Assembly (NCBI GenBank): GCA_964291315.2
Contig: OZ219753.1
Span: forward strand, 2,176,001-2,240,000
Direction: 5' to 3'
DNA length: 64,000 nucleotides
From: Candidatus Poribacteria bacterium
Lineage (GTDB): Bacteria; Poribacteria; WGA-4E; WGA-3G
The notes below the pieces were generated by a model, which saw only the letters and a program-made list of their open reading frames with translations, was not told the origin of the DNA and did not search any database. Below, in pieces: positions 37,736 through 47,711 of the stretch (position 1 is its first letter; the number at the start of each line of letters is the position of its first letter). A program made the position numbers and the translations under genes.

Positions 37736-39396
37736 GAACTATTTTAATGACTGTCGGTTTTAGCGTCGTCGGCAATCAACAATCAACAGTCGGTAGCTCT
37801 TGCTGGACACTAGAACTGTATAGCCTTTATAAAAGGCTATCGATAATAGCCGTTGTGATTATCATGTTTTCAAACATCGGTTGTCGAGAGGAAGCACCCT
37901 CCCCGGAAGCGATCCGTTTGGAAATTGACACTCGTAACGCGCAACCGCTTCGGCACGCGCTTCACGGGTTTAATACAAACATGATGAGCGGCGATTATGG
38001 TTACCTTGATGCCGAGTTTGTCGATTTAACCAAAGCACTCGATCCGAGGACCTTACGATTTCCCGGTGGCACTGTCGGAAACTTCTACCATTGGAAAGCG
38101 AGCGGTTTTTTTGAGAGTGAAATGAACTCAACACTTAATCTAAAACTTAATAAACGGAACAGAAATAATTACGTTAAACTTCAGAAACGAAGGAACGGCA
38201 GAATTGCTTTCGACGACTTCATGCAGTTGTGTGATACGCTAGACATAACGCCCGTTGTTGTTGTGAATCTATGGACCGGGAGTCCAGAAGAGAGCGCAGC
38301 GTGGGTTGCCTATGCTAAACGCAAGGGGTATCAAATTACACATTGGGAACTCGGGAATGAGTACTACTTGCCCCACTACCTCAACAAATATCAGACGGTT
38401 AAAAACTACATCGCAGAAGCCAAAAAACATGGTGCAGCGATGAAAGCCGTTAATCCCGACATAAAAGTATCTGTCTGTGCCACTCCGCTCGGCTTCCACA
38501 AAGAAGGGTGGCTGACAAAAAGACAGCAACGGGCATGGGATGAAGGGCTTGCAGCAGATAGCAGTTTTTTCGACGCTTACACTGTCCACGCTTATGCTTA
38601 CAAAGCGGCCCAAAAAAAAGAGATAGACGAGATGCGATGCTATCTCATGGGATGGATCCACTTCGGGGTCGCGGAGGCACTTGACTACTATCAGAAGTTA
38701 TTTCCTGATAAAGAGATGTGGATAACGGAATGGAATATCGCTAATCCGGCGAACCGAGTTGCGAATACACAACTCCACGCAATGTACGTTGGTGATTTTT
38801 TTCTCAAAATGCTAACGATACCTAATATCACACAAGCAAATTTCCATGTGATTGCGGGGCCCGGTAAAGGATTTCCAGCATTTTCTCCAATAACGCCTCC
38901 AACCCGCGGAACCTTCTGGAAATACGGAGGTGAACCGAAATCGGATTTCGGTAACAACATCCGGCGTGCTGTCTATCCTGCTTTTCAGCTCATTGGTGAA
39001 GCATTCGCGCAGGCAGACACGCAGCTCACAGTGTCAATCCAAAACCCGCCGAGCCTCGAAGGGGCTATCACGTACGCCACGAAACTACTGCCCGGCATTC
39101 AGGCACAAGCCGTCGGTAAGAAAAACGAGTCGAACGGCATCGAAAACCTTACTACCTTCATCAGCAATCGCACAAGTGAACAACATACCCTACAAATCGT
39201 GATTGATGGTGAACATTACACAGGTGATGCCACCTATCGTTACGTCGCCAATGAAAAACTCCAAGCAACAAATGGCGGTAACGCTGAAATGGCAGGGTCC
39301 GGAGACATCGAAGTCCGTATTGAAGAATGGTCGGGCAAAGCGACGGACTTTGTTATTCCTAAGAACAGCTTCGGCATTTTAAAAATAAAAAATTGA
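37732..39396 (+). CDS. Clan GH-A glycoside hydrolase (GH79/GH51/GH44-like), probably exported
   Basis: LRFPGGT, WELGNE (acid/base), WITEWN (nucleophile); true start may be downstream of 37732. Confidence 0.75.
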   Translation: MRTILMTVGFSVVGNQQSTVGSSCWTLELYSLYKRLSIIAVVIIMFSNIGCREEAPSPEAIRLEIDTRNAQPLRHALHGFNTNMMSGDYGYLDAEFVDLTKALDPRTLRFPGGTVGNFYHWKASGFFESEMNSTLNLKLNKRNRNNYVKLQKRRNGRIAFDDFMQLCDTLDITPVVVVNLWTGSPEESAAWVAYAKRKGYQITHWELGNEYYLPHYLNKYQTVKNYIAEAKKHGAAMKAVNPDIKVSVCATPLGFHKEGWLTKRQQRAWDEGLAADSSFFDAYTVHAYAYKAAQKKEIDEMRCYLMGWIHFGVAEALDYYQKLFPDKEMWITEWNIANPANRVANTQLHAMYVGDFFLKMLTIPNITQANFHVIAGPGKGFPAFSPITPPTRGTFWKYGGEPKSDFGNNIRRAVYPAFQLIGEAFAQADTQLTVSIQNPPSLEGAITYATKLLPGIQAQAVGKKNESNGIENLTTFISNRTSEQHTLQIVIDGEHYTGDATYRYVANEKLQATNGGNAEMAGSGDIEVRIEEWSGKATDFVIPKNSFGILKIKN

Positions 39397-39425
39397 GGAA
39401 CAGCAATTAGCTGAGAATTACTAAA

Positions 39426-40421
39426 ATGATATTTGTTGTCGGTAACAGCCGTAGTGGCACAACAATGATGGGACGGATTTTAGGGAAGCACCGGGACGTT
39501 TATACCTTTGGTGAACTCCATTTCTTTGGACAATTATGTGCCCCTCCGTTTTCATCTGAGATACCTAGAGCAAATGTGTCAAAGCTCGCTGCATCACTCT
39601 ACTGTGTGCAGCGCGAAGGTTACCGTACGCATGGAAACCCTCGCAGTTTTCTAAAAGAGGCGGAGGCGTTTCTGGACGGTTTAGCTGCATATCCTGAAAC
39701 ACCAGCACAGCTCTTCTCAGCGTTTCTCCAGCATGAAACAACGGAAAAGGGTAAAACCCTCCCGTGTGATCAGACACCCCGTAATGTGTTTTATCTTACG
39801 GATATCCTAGAATTGTATCCGGAAGCACGAATTATTAACATGATTCGGGATCCGCGCGATGTCCTATTATCCCAAAAACGGAAGTGGAAACGTCGATTCC
39901 TCGGTGGAAGCGATATGCCTATGAAAGAAACACTCCGGGATTGGATTAACTATCACCCCGTCACTATCAGTTACATCTGGCGCACTGCGGTCAACGCTGC
40001 AGATCAATTTGCGAAGCATGAACGGGTCACGTCTATCTATTTCGAGGAACTCCTTGCGCGTCCAGAAACTACAGTCAAACACGTTTGTAATTTCGTGCAT
40101 ATCTCCTACACCGATAGGATGCTCCACGTCCCACAGGTTGGATCTTCCGTTACAGAGGACAGACCACAAGAGCTCGGTATAAACCCGCAGCGAGCACACA
40201 GTTGGCAAAGCGGGGAACTCGGCTCCGCTGAAATTTATCTCAATCAGACGATAACTGCAGCACTCATGAAGAGACATAACTATAGTTCAGTCTCAGTCCA
40301 ACCTAACATTATAGCTTTGATGTTCCACTTACTGAGCTTTCCTATGAAATTAGGTGGTGCATTTCTCTTTAACCTTGACAGGATGAAAAATATTGCACAA
40401 ACCCTAAAGAGACGTTTGTGA
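39426..40421 (+). CDS. Sulfotransferase (Sulfotransfer_3 type)
   Basis: VGNSRSGTTM, DQTPRN, IRDPRDVLLS, FEELL. Confidence 0.88.
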   Translation: MIFVVGNSRSGTTMMGRILGKHRDVYTFGELHFFGQLCAPPFSSEIPRANVSKLAASLYCVQREGYRTHGNPRSFLKEAEAFLDGLAAYPETPAQLFSAFLQHETTEKGKTLPCDQTPRNVFYLTDILELYPEARIINMIRDPRDVLLSQKRKWKRRFLGGSDMPMKETLRDWINYHPVTISYIWRTAVNAADQFAKHERVTSIYFEELLARPETTVKHVCNFVHISYTDRMLHVPQVGSSVTEDRPQELGINPQRAHSWQSGELGSAEIYLNQTITAALMKRHNYSSVSVQPNIIALMFHLLSFPMKLGGAFLFNLDRMKNIAQTLKRRL

Positions 40422-40454
40422 TTTCCATAAGCGTTCTGTACACTCGACAGATAT

Positions 40455-41456
40455 ATGATTGCACAAATAAATCCGCTCTACATCCAGACACGACCAACGA
40501 AAGTTCTCACACGGCTTATGAGCTACGCTTTCTTTGAAGGCCGCCCTGTAACAACAAAGGGGCGTTGGATAAACCCGCTTGTCTTCTCTATTCTGAAAAA
40601 GGTTGCAGCAAACAGTAGTAGATACAGACCCGTTAAAAAACCTGTTTTTATTTTGGGTACTGGACGCAGTGGAACAACAATACTCGGTATCGTTCTCTCT
40701 ATGCACAGAGAGGTTGGTTACCTCAATGAACCGAAGGCGATGTGGCACCTCATTCATCCGCATGAAGACATCATCGGAAACTATAGCCGAAGTCCTGCAA
40801 AATATCACCTTACCGCTGAAGAGGCAACAGACGAAATGCGCCGGCGCGCGGCGCAGATGTTCGGGGCCTATCTGACAATAACCCGTTCAGAACGTCTCGT
40901 TGATAAATACCCAGAACTTATTTTCAGAGTAGACTTCGTACGTGCTTTATTTTCGGATGCCCGCTTCATCTTCCTTGTGAGAAACGGGTGGGATACCTGC
41001 CATTCCATCGCAACTTGGTCAAAGCGACTTGGTGTCCATGTCAACGGCGAGAAACACGACTGGTGGGGTGTCGAGGACCGGAAGTGGCTACTCCTAGTCG
41101 AACAACTGGTTAAAACGGATCCAATTTTCTCCGAAATCGCCGATGAGATTAAGCATTTTGAACGGCACCTTGACCGGGCAGCCATAGAGTGGATAGTTAC
41201 CATGCGGGAAGGGGGCCGTCTCTTGGAAACCTTTCCGGAGTGTACGCATCTCGTTCGCTTTGAGGACTTAACGGCCGAACCAGACGAAACGCTATCAGCT
41301 TTATGCGACTTCTGTGAGTTACCAGAGGATCCCACATTTCGAGAATATGCCCGACAGACATTGCATCCTGTACCAGCAAGGAAACCTTTTGATATTCATC
41401 CAGAAATCGCCCCAATTTTCTATGAAACTATGGCGGAATTGGAGTATCGCATTTAA
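40455..41456 (+). CDS. Sulfotransferase (Sulfotransfer_3 type)
   Basis: PVFILGTGRSGTTIL, DKYP, VRNGWDTCHS, RFEDL. Confidence 0.88.
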   Translation: MIAQINPLYIQTRPTKVLTRLMSYAFFEGRPVTTKGRWINPLVFSILKKVAANSSRYRPVKKPVFILGTGRSGTTILGIVLSMHREVGYLNEPKAMWHLIHPHEDIIGNYSRSPAKYHLTAEEATDEMRRRAAQMFGAYLTITRSERLVDKYPELIFRVDFVRALFSDARFIFLVRNGWDTCHSIATWSKRLGVHVNGEKHDWWGVEDRKWLLLVEQLVKTDPIFSEIADEIKHFERHLDRAAIEWIVTMREGGRLLETFPECTHLVRFEDLTAEPDETLSALCDFCELPEDPTFREYARQTLHPVPARKPFDIHPEIAPIFYETMAELEYRI

Positions 41457-41560
41457 ATGAGAAACTTTGTTGTTCTTACGGATTTGGTAGAGACAGCTCA
41501 TATAAATACTTTTTATCTGTTATCCGAATGTAGGTAGAATAGGAGACTAGATTCATAAAC

Positions 41561-43225
41561 ATGATGATTTTACGCAGTTTATTAGTCATTTGCTTTGTAA
41601 TGTTTGCCACGGCACTTTCTACAGCAGAAGCGGCTTCGCTGATCAATGTGCCCCTGAAGTCAGAAGTCTCTGACTTTAATCGTGAAACTTATCGCTTTAT
41701 CCATCGTTTACTTAACAAACGGGTGTTGCCCGGCATATCGCGCGGGTCGTTACCTTTCACTCGTAAGCAGGTTGTATCCTATCTACTGAAGGTGCATCAG
41801 AAACAGGAATCTGGCGAAATTGTATTGAGCCCCATAGATCGGGAGCGAATGCGCGCGCTGCTAGCGTTTTATCGAGAATCTTACAATTTTTCAAAAACCG
41901 AGAGCCAAGGGTCGACACAAATTCGGCAGAACAGCCGGTTGCACCTGATGACACTGACAGGAGAGGACTACCGTTTTTCCTTCGATCTAAGGGGTTCACA
42001 GCAGGTTATCACGCACCTCATAGATAACCTCTCAGATGAACAACCTGTTGAAGGGAACATGCTCGTTACGACCTTCTACCCACATCTCTACGGACAGGTA
42101 GGGGAAACGTTTGCTTTTACCACCGATATAGCACATAGATTCGTATACGGTGAAATTTTTGACGATTTTTTTCCTGATGAAACAAAAATTAGGCAATTGG
42201 AGGGCAGCCTTAAAAATAGAACAGCGATCAACGCTTACCTGAAATTTAACTTGCCTTGGTTTGAGCTGCAGCTGGGACAAGACACGCTTCAATGGGGCCC
42301 CGGCTACTACGATAGCCTGTTGATTTCTAGAAATCCGCTAGCTATGGACATGATCAAGTTGCAAGCCGAGTATAAATCTGTCACCTTTAGTGCATTTACC
42401 GGTATATTAGAAGACATGGCGACAGACATCAACGACAAGTATATTTCGGGACACAGGGTTGAAGGGTATTTCTGGGACAGGTTCGGCTTTGGCATCTCCG
42501 AAGTTGTCGTCTACGGCAACCGCTTCGAGCCAGGCTATCTCAACCCGGTCAATATCTACCTCATCAACGAGCAGCCGATTTCACGGGCGGATGGTCGTGT
42601 TGATGGGAGCGGCGACAACGTTCTCATGAGCGTTGATATGAGGCTCCGGCCTACAGACGATTTTGAAATCTACGGCGAACTGATGGTTGACGATGGGAAT
42701 CCGGCTGCGAATTTCAAACACTGGGACACAAAATTCGGTATCCTTGGCGGCATATATCTAACGGATCCGTTTGGTATCAAAGATACCGATTTCCATGCTG
42801 AGTACGCTTTTATCAACCAATACGCGTATACGCATGTAAATCCAGTCAATGTCTATAAACATTTTACCACACCGATTGGACATCAGATCGGTTCCGATGC
42901 TGACAACCTATGGTTAGAACTACGCCGCCGTTGGACGAATAGACTAGAAACGGTTTTCGGTTATGAATTAGAGCGGCATGGTTCGGGCAACATTGATAAG
43001 GAACACCCTGCAGATGCTCCAAACGATGATATATGGACCCCGTTGTCCGGGGTTACAGCAGGTGAGCATCGTCTGTCAGTTGGGGTGAATTGGGTTGTCA
43101 TTGGGAAGTATTCGCTCTATGCAGAATGGGTGCGTGTCTGGCGGCAGAACCTAGGAAATCGCTGGGACGTATACGAAAACGGAAATGAAGTCGAGGCTAA
43201 ATTCCTCACCCGCATTCCATGGTAG
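41561..43225 (+). CDS. Capsule assembly Wzi-family outer-membrane protein
   Basis: Signal peptide, PFTRKQV, LGQDTLQWGPG...SLLIS.N, GISEVVVYG, YLNP, YGELMVDD, PIGH.IGSDAD. Confidence 0.75.
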   Translation: MMILRSLLVICFVMFATALSTAEAASLINVPLKSEVSDFNRETYRFIHRLLNKRVLPGISRGSLPFTRKQVVSYLLKVHQKQESGEIVLSPIDRERMRALLAFYRESYNFSKTESQGSTQIRQNSRLHLMTLTGEDYRFSFDLRGSQQVITHLIDNLSDEQPVEGNMLVTTFYPHLYGQVGETFAFTTDIAHRFVYGEIFDDFFPDETKIRQLEGSLKNRTAINAYLKFNLPWFELQLGQDTLQWGPGYYDSLLISRNPLAMDMIKLQAEYKSVTFSAFTGILEDMATDINDKYISGHRVEGYFWDRFGFGISEVVVYGNRFEPGYLNPVNIYLINEQPISRADGRVDGSGDNVLMSVDMRLRPTDDFEIYGELMVDDGNPAANFKHWDTKFGILGGIYLTDPFGIKDTDFHAEYAFINQYAYTHVNPVNVYKHFTTPIGHQIGSDADNLWLELRRRWTNRLETVFGYELERHGSGNIDKEHPADAPNDDIWTPLSGVTAGEHRLSVGVNWVVIGKYSLYAEWVRVWRQNLGNRWDVYENGNEVEAKFLTRIPW

Positions 43226-43335
43226 ATTTGAATCGCGAGTTTAGATTTGCAAGCTGCGGAAAAAATGAAGTTTTATAGACGCTGGATCATCAAAGGGCCT
43301 GAAGTGTTGCATATAGGGTGTCCGTAAAAAGAAAT

Positions 43336-43364
43336 TGGACTTTTAGGCTTAAAATAGGTATAAT
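43336..43364 (+). promoter_or_regulatory. Sigma70-like promoter
   Basis: TGGACT-17 nt-TATAAT upstream of 43604. Confidence 0.4.
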
Positions 43365-43603
43365 ATATAAGGGGTTTCGGTTATCGGAATCTCAGCAAAA
43401 AAGGGACTCTGTAGTAACAGTTCGCGGTTTTTTAGTGTGCACCAAGTTCGGATAGATCTTTAATGTAAGTTCAACAAAGGAAAGTGGGTTCTCTATCCAC
43501 TTCAAATCGATGTCCCACATAGCATTGTGTTATTCTTATACCGAACACATATTTCTTAAAAAGTGCCTCTTAACTAACAGCTATTAATGAGGTAACAATA
43601 AGA

Positions 43604-44722
43604 ATGAGAATTCGGGTATTGGGTATACGGGGGCTGCCTGCCACCTATAGTGGTCTAGAGACCATCATGGGTGAGCTCGCCCCGCGCTGGGTAGAGGCCG
43701 GACATGAAGTTATTGTCTATTGCCGTAAGGCACTCTTCAAAGAGAGGCTACCGGAATGGAAAGGCATCAAACTTATTTACCTTCCCAGTATAGAGCATAA
43801 GATGTTCAGTACCCTGAGCCACAGTTTTCTTGCAAGCCTGCACGCCTCCTTTGCAGCGTCCGATGTCATTTTAACGTGGAACGCAGGTAACGGGCCCTTC
43901 GGATGGCTCTTCCGTATCACGGGCAAAACTGCCGCTATCAATGTGGATGGAATGGAATGGTTACGGCCAAAATGGAAAGGACTCGGTGCCCTCTATTTCA
44001 AATGGGCCGCAAAAATGGCGACAGCTGCGTTTCCAGTTGTGATTACTGACGCATCTGAAATGAAGCGGCTCTATCTCGAAGAACTCGGCGCGGAAACAAC
44101 TTATATTGCTTACGGTGCGAACATTGAGCCCTCAGAACATCCAGAAATTTTGGAGACCTACGGGCTTAAGCCTCGAAATTACTATCTTGTCGCCAGCCGG
44201 CTGGTCCCAGACAACAATGCCGACTTAATTTTAGAGGCATTTGTTGCCTCCAAAACCCAAAAGCAACTTGCTATAGCCGGAGGTGCTGACTACAAAGGCA
44301 ATAAACTCGAAAACGAATTCTTAGATAAATTGAAAAGTATCGCCAGCGAAAACGTCAAGTTTCTCGGGCACATCGATAATTCCGGACATATTAAAGAACT
44401 TCACCATCACTGTTTCGCCTATATTCACGGTCACCAGTTTGGAGGCATCAACCCTTCTATTCTCAAAGCGTTGGGCTTCTCCAACTGTATTCTAGCCCTG
44501 AATACACCTTTCAACGATGAAGTGCTTGAAGGCGGACATTACGGCGTACTCTTTGACAAAGATGTTGACGCATTGAAAGAGAAAATTCTAGCGTTAGAAC
44601 AAAACCCAGGGAAGGTTGAAGATTTTCGACATCGCGCCCCGGAACAGATACGCAAACGCTTCAATTGGGAAAACATCGCCCAACAATACCTTGATGTGTT
44701 TGAACAACTTCAGCAGAACTAA
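43604..44722 (+). CDS. Glycosyltransferase family 4 (DUF1972 type)
   Basis: GIRGLPATYSGLET, INVDGMEW.RPKW, SRLVPDNN, YIHGHQFGGINPSIL.AL. Confidence 0.88.
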   Translation: MRIRVLGIRGLPATYSGLETIMGELAPRWVEAGHEVIVYCRKALFKERLPEWKGIKLIYLPSIEHKMFSTLSHSFLASLHASFAASDVILTWNAGNGPFGWLFRITGKTAAINVDGMEWLRPKWKGLGALYFKWAAKMATAAFPVVITDASEMKRLYLEELGAETTYIAYGANIEPSEHPEILETYGLKPRNYYLVASRLVPDNNADLILEAFVASKTQKQLAIAGGADYKGNKLENEFLDKLKSIASENVKFLGHIDNSGHIKELHHHCFAYIHGHQFGGINPSILKALGFSNCILALNTPFNDEVLEGGHYGVLFDKDVDALKEKILALEQNPGKVEDFRHRAPEQIRKRFNWENIAQQYLDVFEQLQQN

Positions 44723-44842
44723 GATTTGCTCGAAATCGAGGCATCCGAATTTAGTTAGTACAAAAAATCCTGATTGCGAAGTTTTAGAAGTTTCGTTAGG
44801 GAAGCCCAAACTACATCGAATATTATATTCTAATTAAGGGAA

Positions 44843-45565
44843 TTGACCATGCCATTCCTATCAAGAAACATAGGCCGGATAGGAAACGACGCGGACGAGG
44901 AGCAGATGCATCGGGATAAAGGCTCAACAGCAAGTTTTGGCTTGCAGGCTTCGCCAAAAATACGAAAAACAGGAACTCCAGTGGAACGACTCTCTTCCTT
45001 CTATGCGACGCATGGCAAGTATTTGTTTGATACTATCGCGGCATTTTTCCTCATCATTCTTTTTTCTCCTTTGATGATGCTGATTGCTATATTGATTAAA
45101 TGCACCTCACGAGGGCCCATTTTCTTCTCTCACAAGCGCGTCGGGATAAACAACGAGCTGTTTGTCATCTACAAGTTTCGGAGTTTGCATATGGACACTC
45201 CGTCTTACTCAGAAAAGCCCGGTTCAACAGACGATAAACGTATTGCACCGTTTGGCAAATGGCTCCGTAAGACGAGCTTAGATGAACTCCCGCAGCTTTT
45301 CAACGTCCTCAAGGGTGAAATGAGCCTCGTTGGCCCACGCCCAGAGATGCCCTTTCTTGCAGAAGACTATGAGGATTGGGAAAATCAGCGCCACCTCGTT
45401 CGACCAGGAATGACAGGGCTCTGGCAACTCAGCCCACGCCGGCAAGGCACAATCCGAGAGGGCATCCCTGTTGACCTCGAATACATCGAAACTTTCTCTT
45501 TCTGGAACGATTTCAAAATACTGATTCGTACTTTCAAAGTTTTTTGGGACAACAACACCTACTAA
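44843..45565 (+). CDS. Polyprenyl-phosphate sugar phosphotransferase (priming glycosyltransferase)
   Basis: [42 protein letters not shown]; start uncertain. Confidence 0.92.
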   Translation: MTMPFLSRNIGRIGNDADEEQMHRDKGSTASFGLQASPKIRKTGTPVERLSSFYATHGKYLFDTIAAFFLIILFSPLMMLIAILIKCTSRGPIFFSHKRVGINNELFVIYKFRSLHMDTPSYSEKPGSTDDKRIAPFGKWLRKTSLDELPQLFNVLKGEMSLVGPRPEMPFLAEDYEDWENQRHLVRPGMTGLWQLSPRRQGTIREGIPVDLEYIETFSFWNDFKILIRTFKVFWDNNTY

Positions 45566-45573
45566 ATCGCTCC

Positions 45574-45927
45574 ATGAAGCTCAGTAAAAACCTTGCTCGA
45601 ACGCTGCGGTGCAGCTTTCGGTTGAAATGTCCACAGTGTGGCAAAGGTGCCCTGTTTCAAACGTTTTTCAAAATGTTTTCCCGCTGCGCGCAGTGCGACT
45701 TGAAGTTTGAACGGGAGCCAGGTTATTTTATCGGTGCAATGTACCTTAACTATGGCACAACTGTCGTCATCGCGTTTACGTGTTACTTCCTCACTGAAAA
45801 GTTCACTAATATTCCTTACTTCTTAAATCTAAGCGTCTGGGGCATCTTTTCCGCCCTATTTCCGATTATTTTCTACCGCTATTCAAAGAGTCTGTGGCTT
45901 AACTTCGATCACCTGTTTTCTCCATAG
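45574..45927 (+). CDS. DUF983-family protein
   Basis: CPQCGKG.LF...C..C...FEREPGYF.GAMY plus two TMs. Confidence 0.8.
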   Translation: MKLSKNLARTLRCSFRLKCPQCGKGALFQTFFKMFSRCAQCDLKFEREPGYFIGAMYLNYGTTVVIAFTCYFLTEKFTNIPYFLNLSVWGIFSALFPIIFYRYSKSLWLNFDHLFSP

Positions 45928-45983
45928 ATCCAACGTATAAAAAGCGATGCGCGTTGTGCGTCGTACCTCTGAAGAGACTGTAT

Positions 45984-46736
45984 TTATCTTGTGAAAATTT
46001 GCCCGCGTGTATATGAAGCCGCATCAGATGCTAGGAATGTAAGTACACGTGCAACACCTGCAGGATCTCCGAGCAATTTGCGAGCAGTGGCGACAGCAGC
46101 AGCTGGGTCTCGTCCTTCGCGCCTTGCTGATTCTGCGATCTGTCCTAATTTCAACGGAGTCGCGAGTCCACCCGGACAGATGGTATGAATACGGATACCC
46201 ATTGGGGATATCTGATTTTCTATGACCATCACAAGCCCATTGACTCCACCTTTGCTAGAGCCGTAAGCAACTGAAGAACTCCCTCCGCGAACCCCGGCGC
46301 TTGACGCAATACATAGGATAACACCGCCACCACATCTGTTCATTATCGGCACAGCATGCTTAAGAGCGAAAAAGGTGCCTTTAAGGTTTACGTCGATAAC
46401 CGAATCAAAAGTTGCTGTCTCAAACTCGTCAATGCGGATGCCCGGTCCACGCAGGACCCCCGCTGCGGTTACCAAAACATGAATCCCGCCAAACTCTGCG
46501 TCAGCGGTTTTCATCAGGTCCTCTACTGCAGTTTCGCGAGTGACATCGGTGCATAGGAATTTGGCGATACCTCCTTCTTGACGAATTGCGCTGACTGTTT
46601 CTTCAGCGTCTGCCTCATTAATATCACCGAGGACAACTTTCGCGCCTGCTTTGGCATATGCAATTGCCGTTGCAGCACCAATGCCAGTTGCTCCGCCAGT
46701 AATCACAGTGACTTTATCATTGAGTCGAATATCCAT
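45984..46736 (-). CDS. SDR family oxidoreductase
   Basis: ITGGATGIG, VNLKG, YGSSK, ICPG. Confidence 0.9.
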   Translation of the reverse strand: MDIRLNDKVTVITGGATGIGAATAIAYAKAGAKVVLGDINEADAEETVSAIRQEGGIAKFLCTDVTRETAVEDLMKTADAEFGGIHVLVTAAGVLRGPGIRIDEFETATFDSVIDVNLKGTFFALKHAVPIMNRCGGGVILCIASSAGVRGGSSSVAYGSSKGGVNGLVMVIENQISPMGIRIHTICPGGLATPLKLGQIAESARREGRDPAAAVATARKLLGDPAGVARVLTFLASDAASYTRGQIFTR

Positions 46737-46946
46737 ATTTTTTATCTCCGGCGCACTACTTAGATTTGTTAAAAAAGATTATAAGTGGAATATGTCTACA
46801 ACGCAAGCCTTTTCGGCTCCCTTCCAGCACGGGGACGGTTAGAATAACGATTGCCGTTTTAGGAACTGGATTCCCCACAATGCCGGGGCCGACCTTCGCT
46901 ATCGTTGAAAAAGAGTGTTGCGTTTAAAGTTCAAATAGCGTATAAT

Positions 46947-47122
46947 TGACGCGATTTTGATAATTATTTGGTTCATCTTTGGATAAAGAAGCACTTGCAC
47001 AGCAGAACAGGTTGTGTGAGAAGCGCCGAAGCGGCAAAGATCACATTCTATGCTACAAGCGCCTTGCAGGGGCATCGAACGGGTTATTGGACATCCCGAA
47101 CTCTTTTTTCAAACTCACGTTA
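46947..47122 (+). mobile_element. MITE-like element, copy 4
   Basis: TGACGCGATTTTGATAATTATTTGGTTCATCTTTGGATAAAG...CTATGCTACAAG...TTTTTCAAACTCACGTTA; immediately follows TATAAT. Confidence 0.7.
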
Positions 47123-47126
47123 TAGC

Positions 47127-47168
47127 AAGGTTACTACATCTTCATTAAGGTTACTACATCTTCATTAA
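47127..47168. repeat. Perfect tandem 20-mer duplication
   Basis: AAGGTTACTACATCTTCATT x2, 4 nt from the MITE-like end. Confidence 0.85.
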
Positions 47169-47352
47169 TGTATATTGTATCACTCTTCAGCAAAATAGAC
47201 GAATTTTTTCTTGCATATCGGAGAAAGCGCCCCCTAGCGGAGAGGTGCGGTCGTTTGTGAGGTCTGCATCCGAGCGAGATCGTCTATTCTCTATCTGACA
47301 TTTTAGGGGATGATAGTCAAAAAGGTGTCCCCAATTTTTTTTACTAAAAAAC

Positions 47353-47381
47353 TTGACATGAGGTGCGTTTTAAGATATACT
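47353..47381 (+). promoter_or_regulatory. Sigma70-like promoter
   Basis: TTGACA-17 nt-TATACT upstream of 47712. Confidence 0.6.
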
Positions 47382-47711
47382 ATTAATATATCTTAGAAAA
47401 TATAGGACGAAATAGTCGGGAAGTGAATTTGTAATCTATGCGACATATGAAATCTTTGGACACTTTCGCCAGAATTAGGAAGTCAGAGAGGCTTAGCCTG
47501 CTCTTGGACATTCAGTGCTCGTTATATTGTCTAAGCTCTGTTGTTGTGGTTGTTAGCGATTACCCCCCCCGCTCCACGCACAGTAAGTATTATATCCGCT
47601 TTATCACAAAATATACCGTCGCTCCACCGCCTCTCATTTTGTCTATATTTAACATAAGCATAAGAAAGAAACATATATCTGTGTATCTTCACAGATAAAA
47701 GGAGAAACAAC

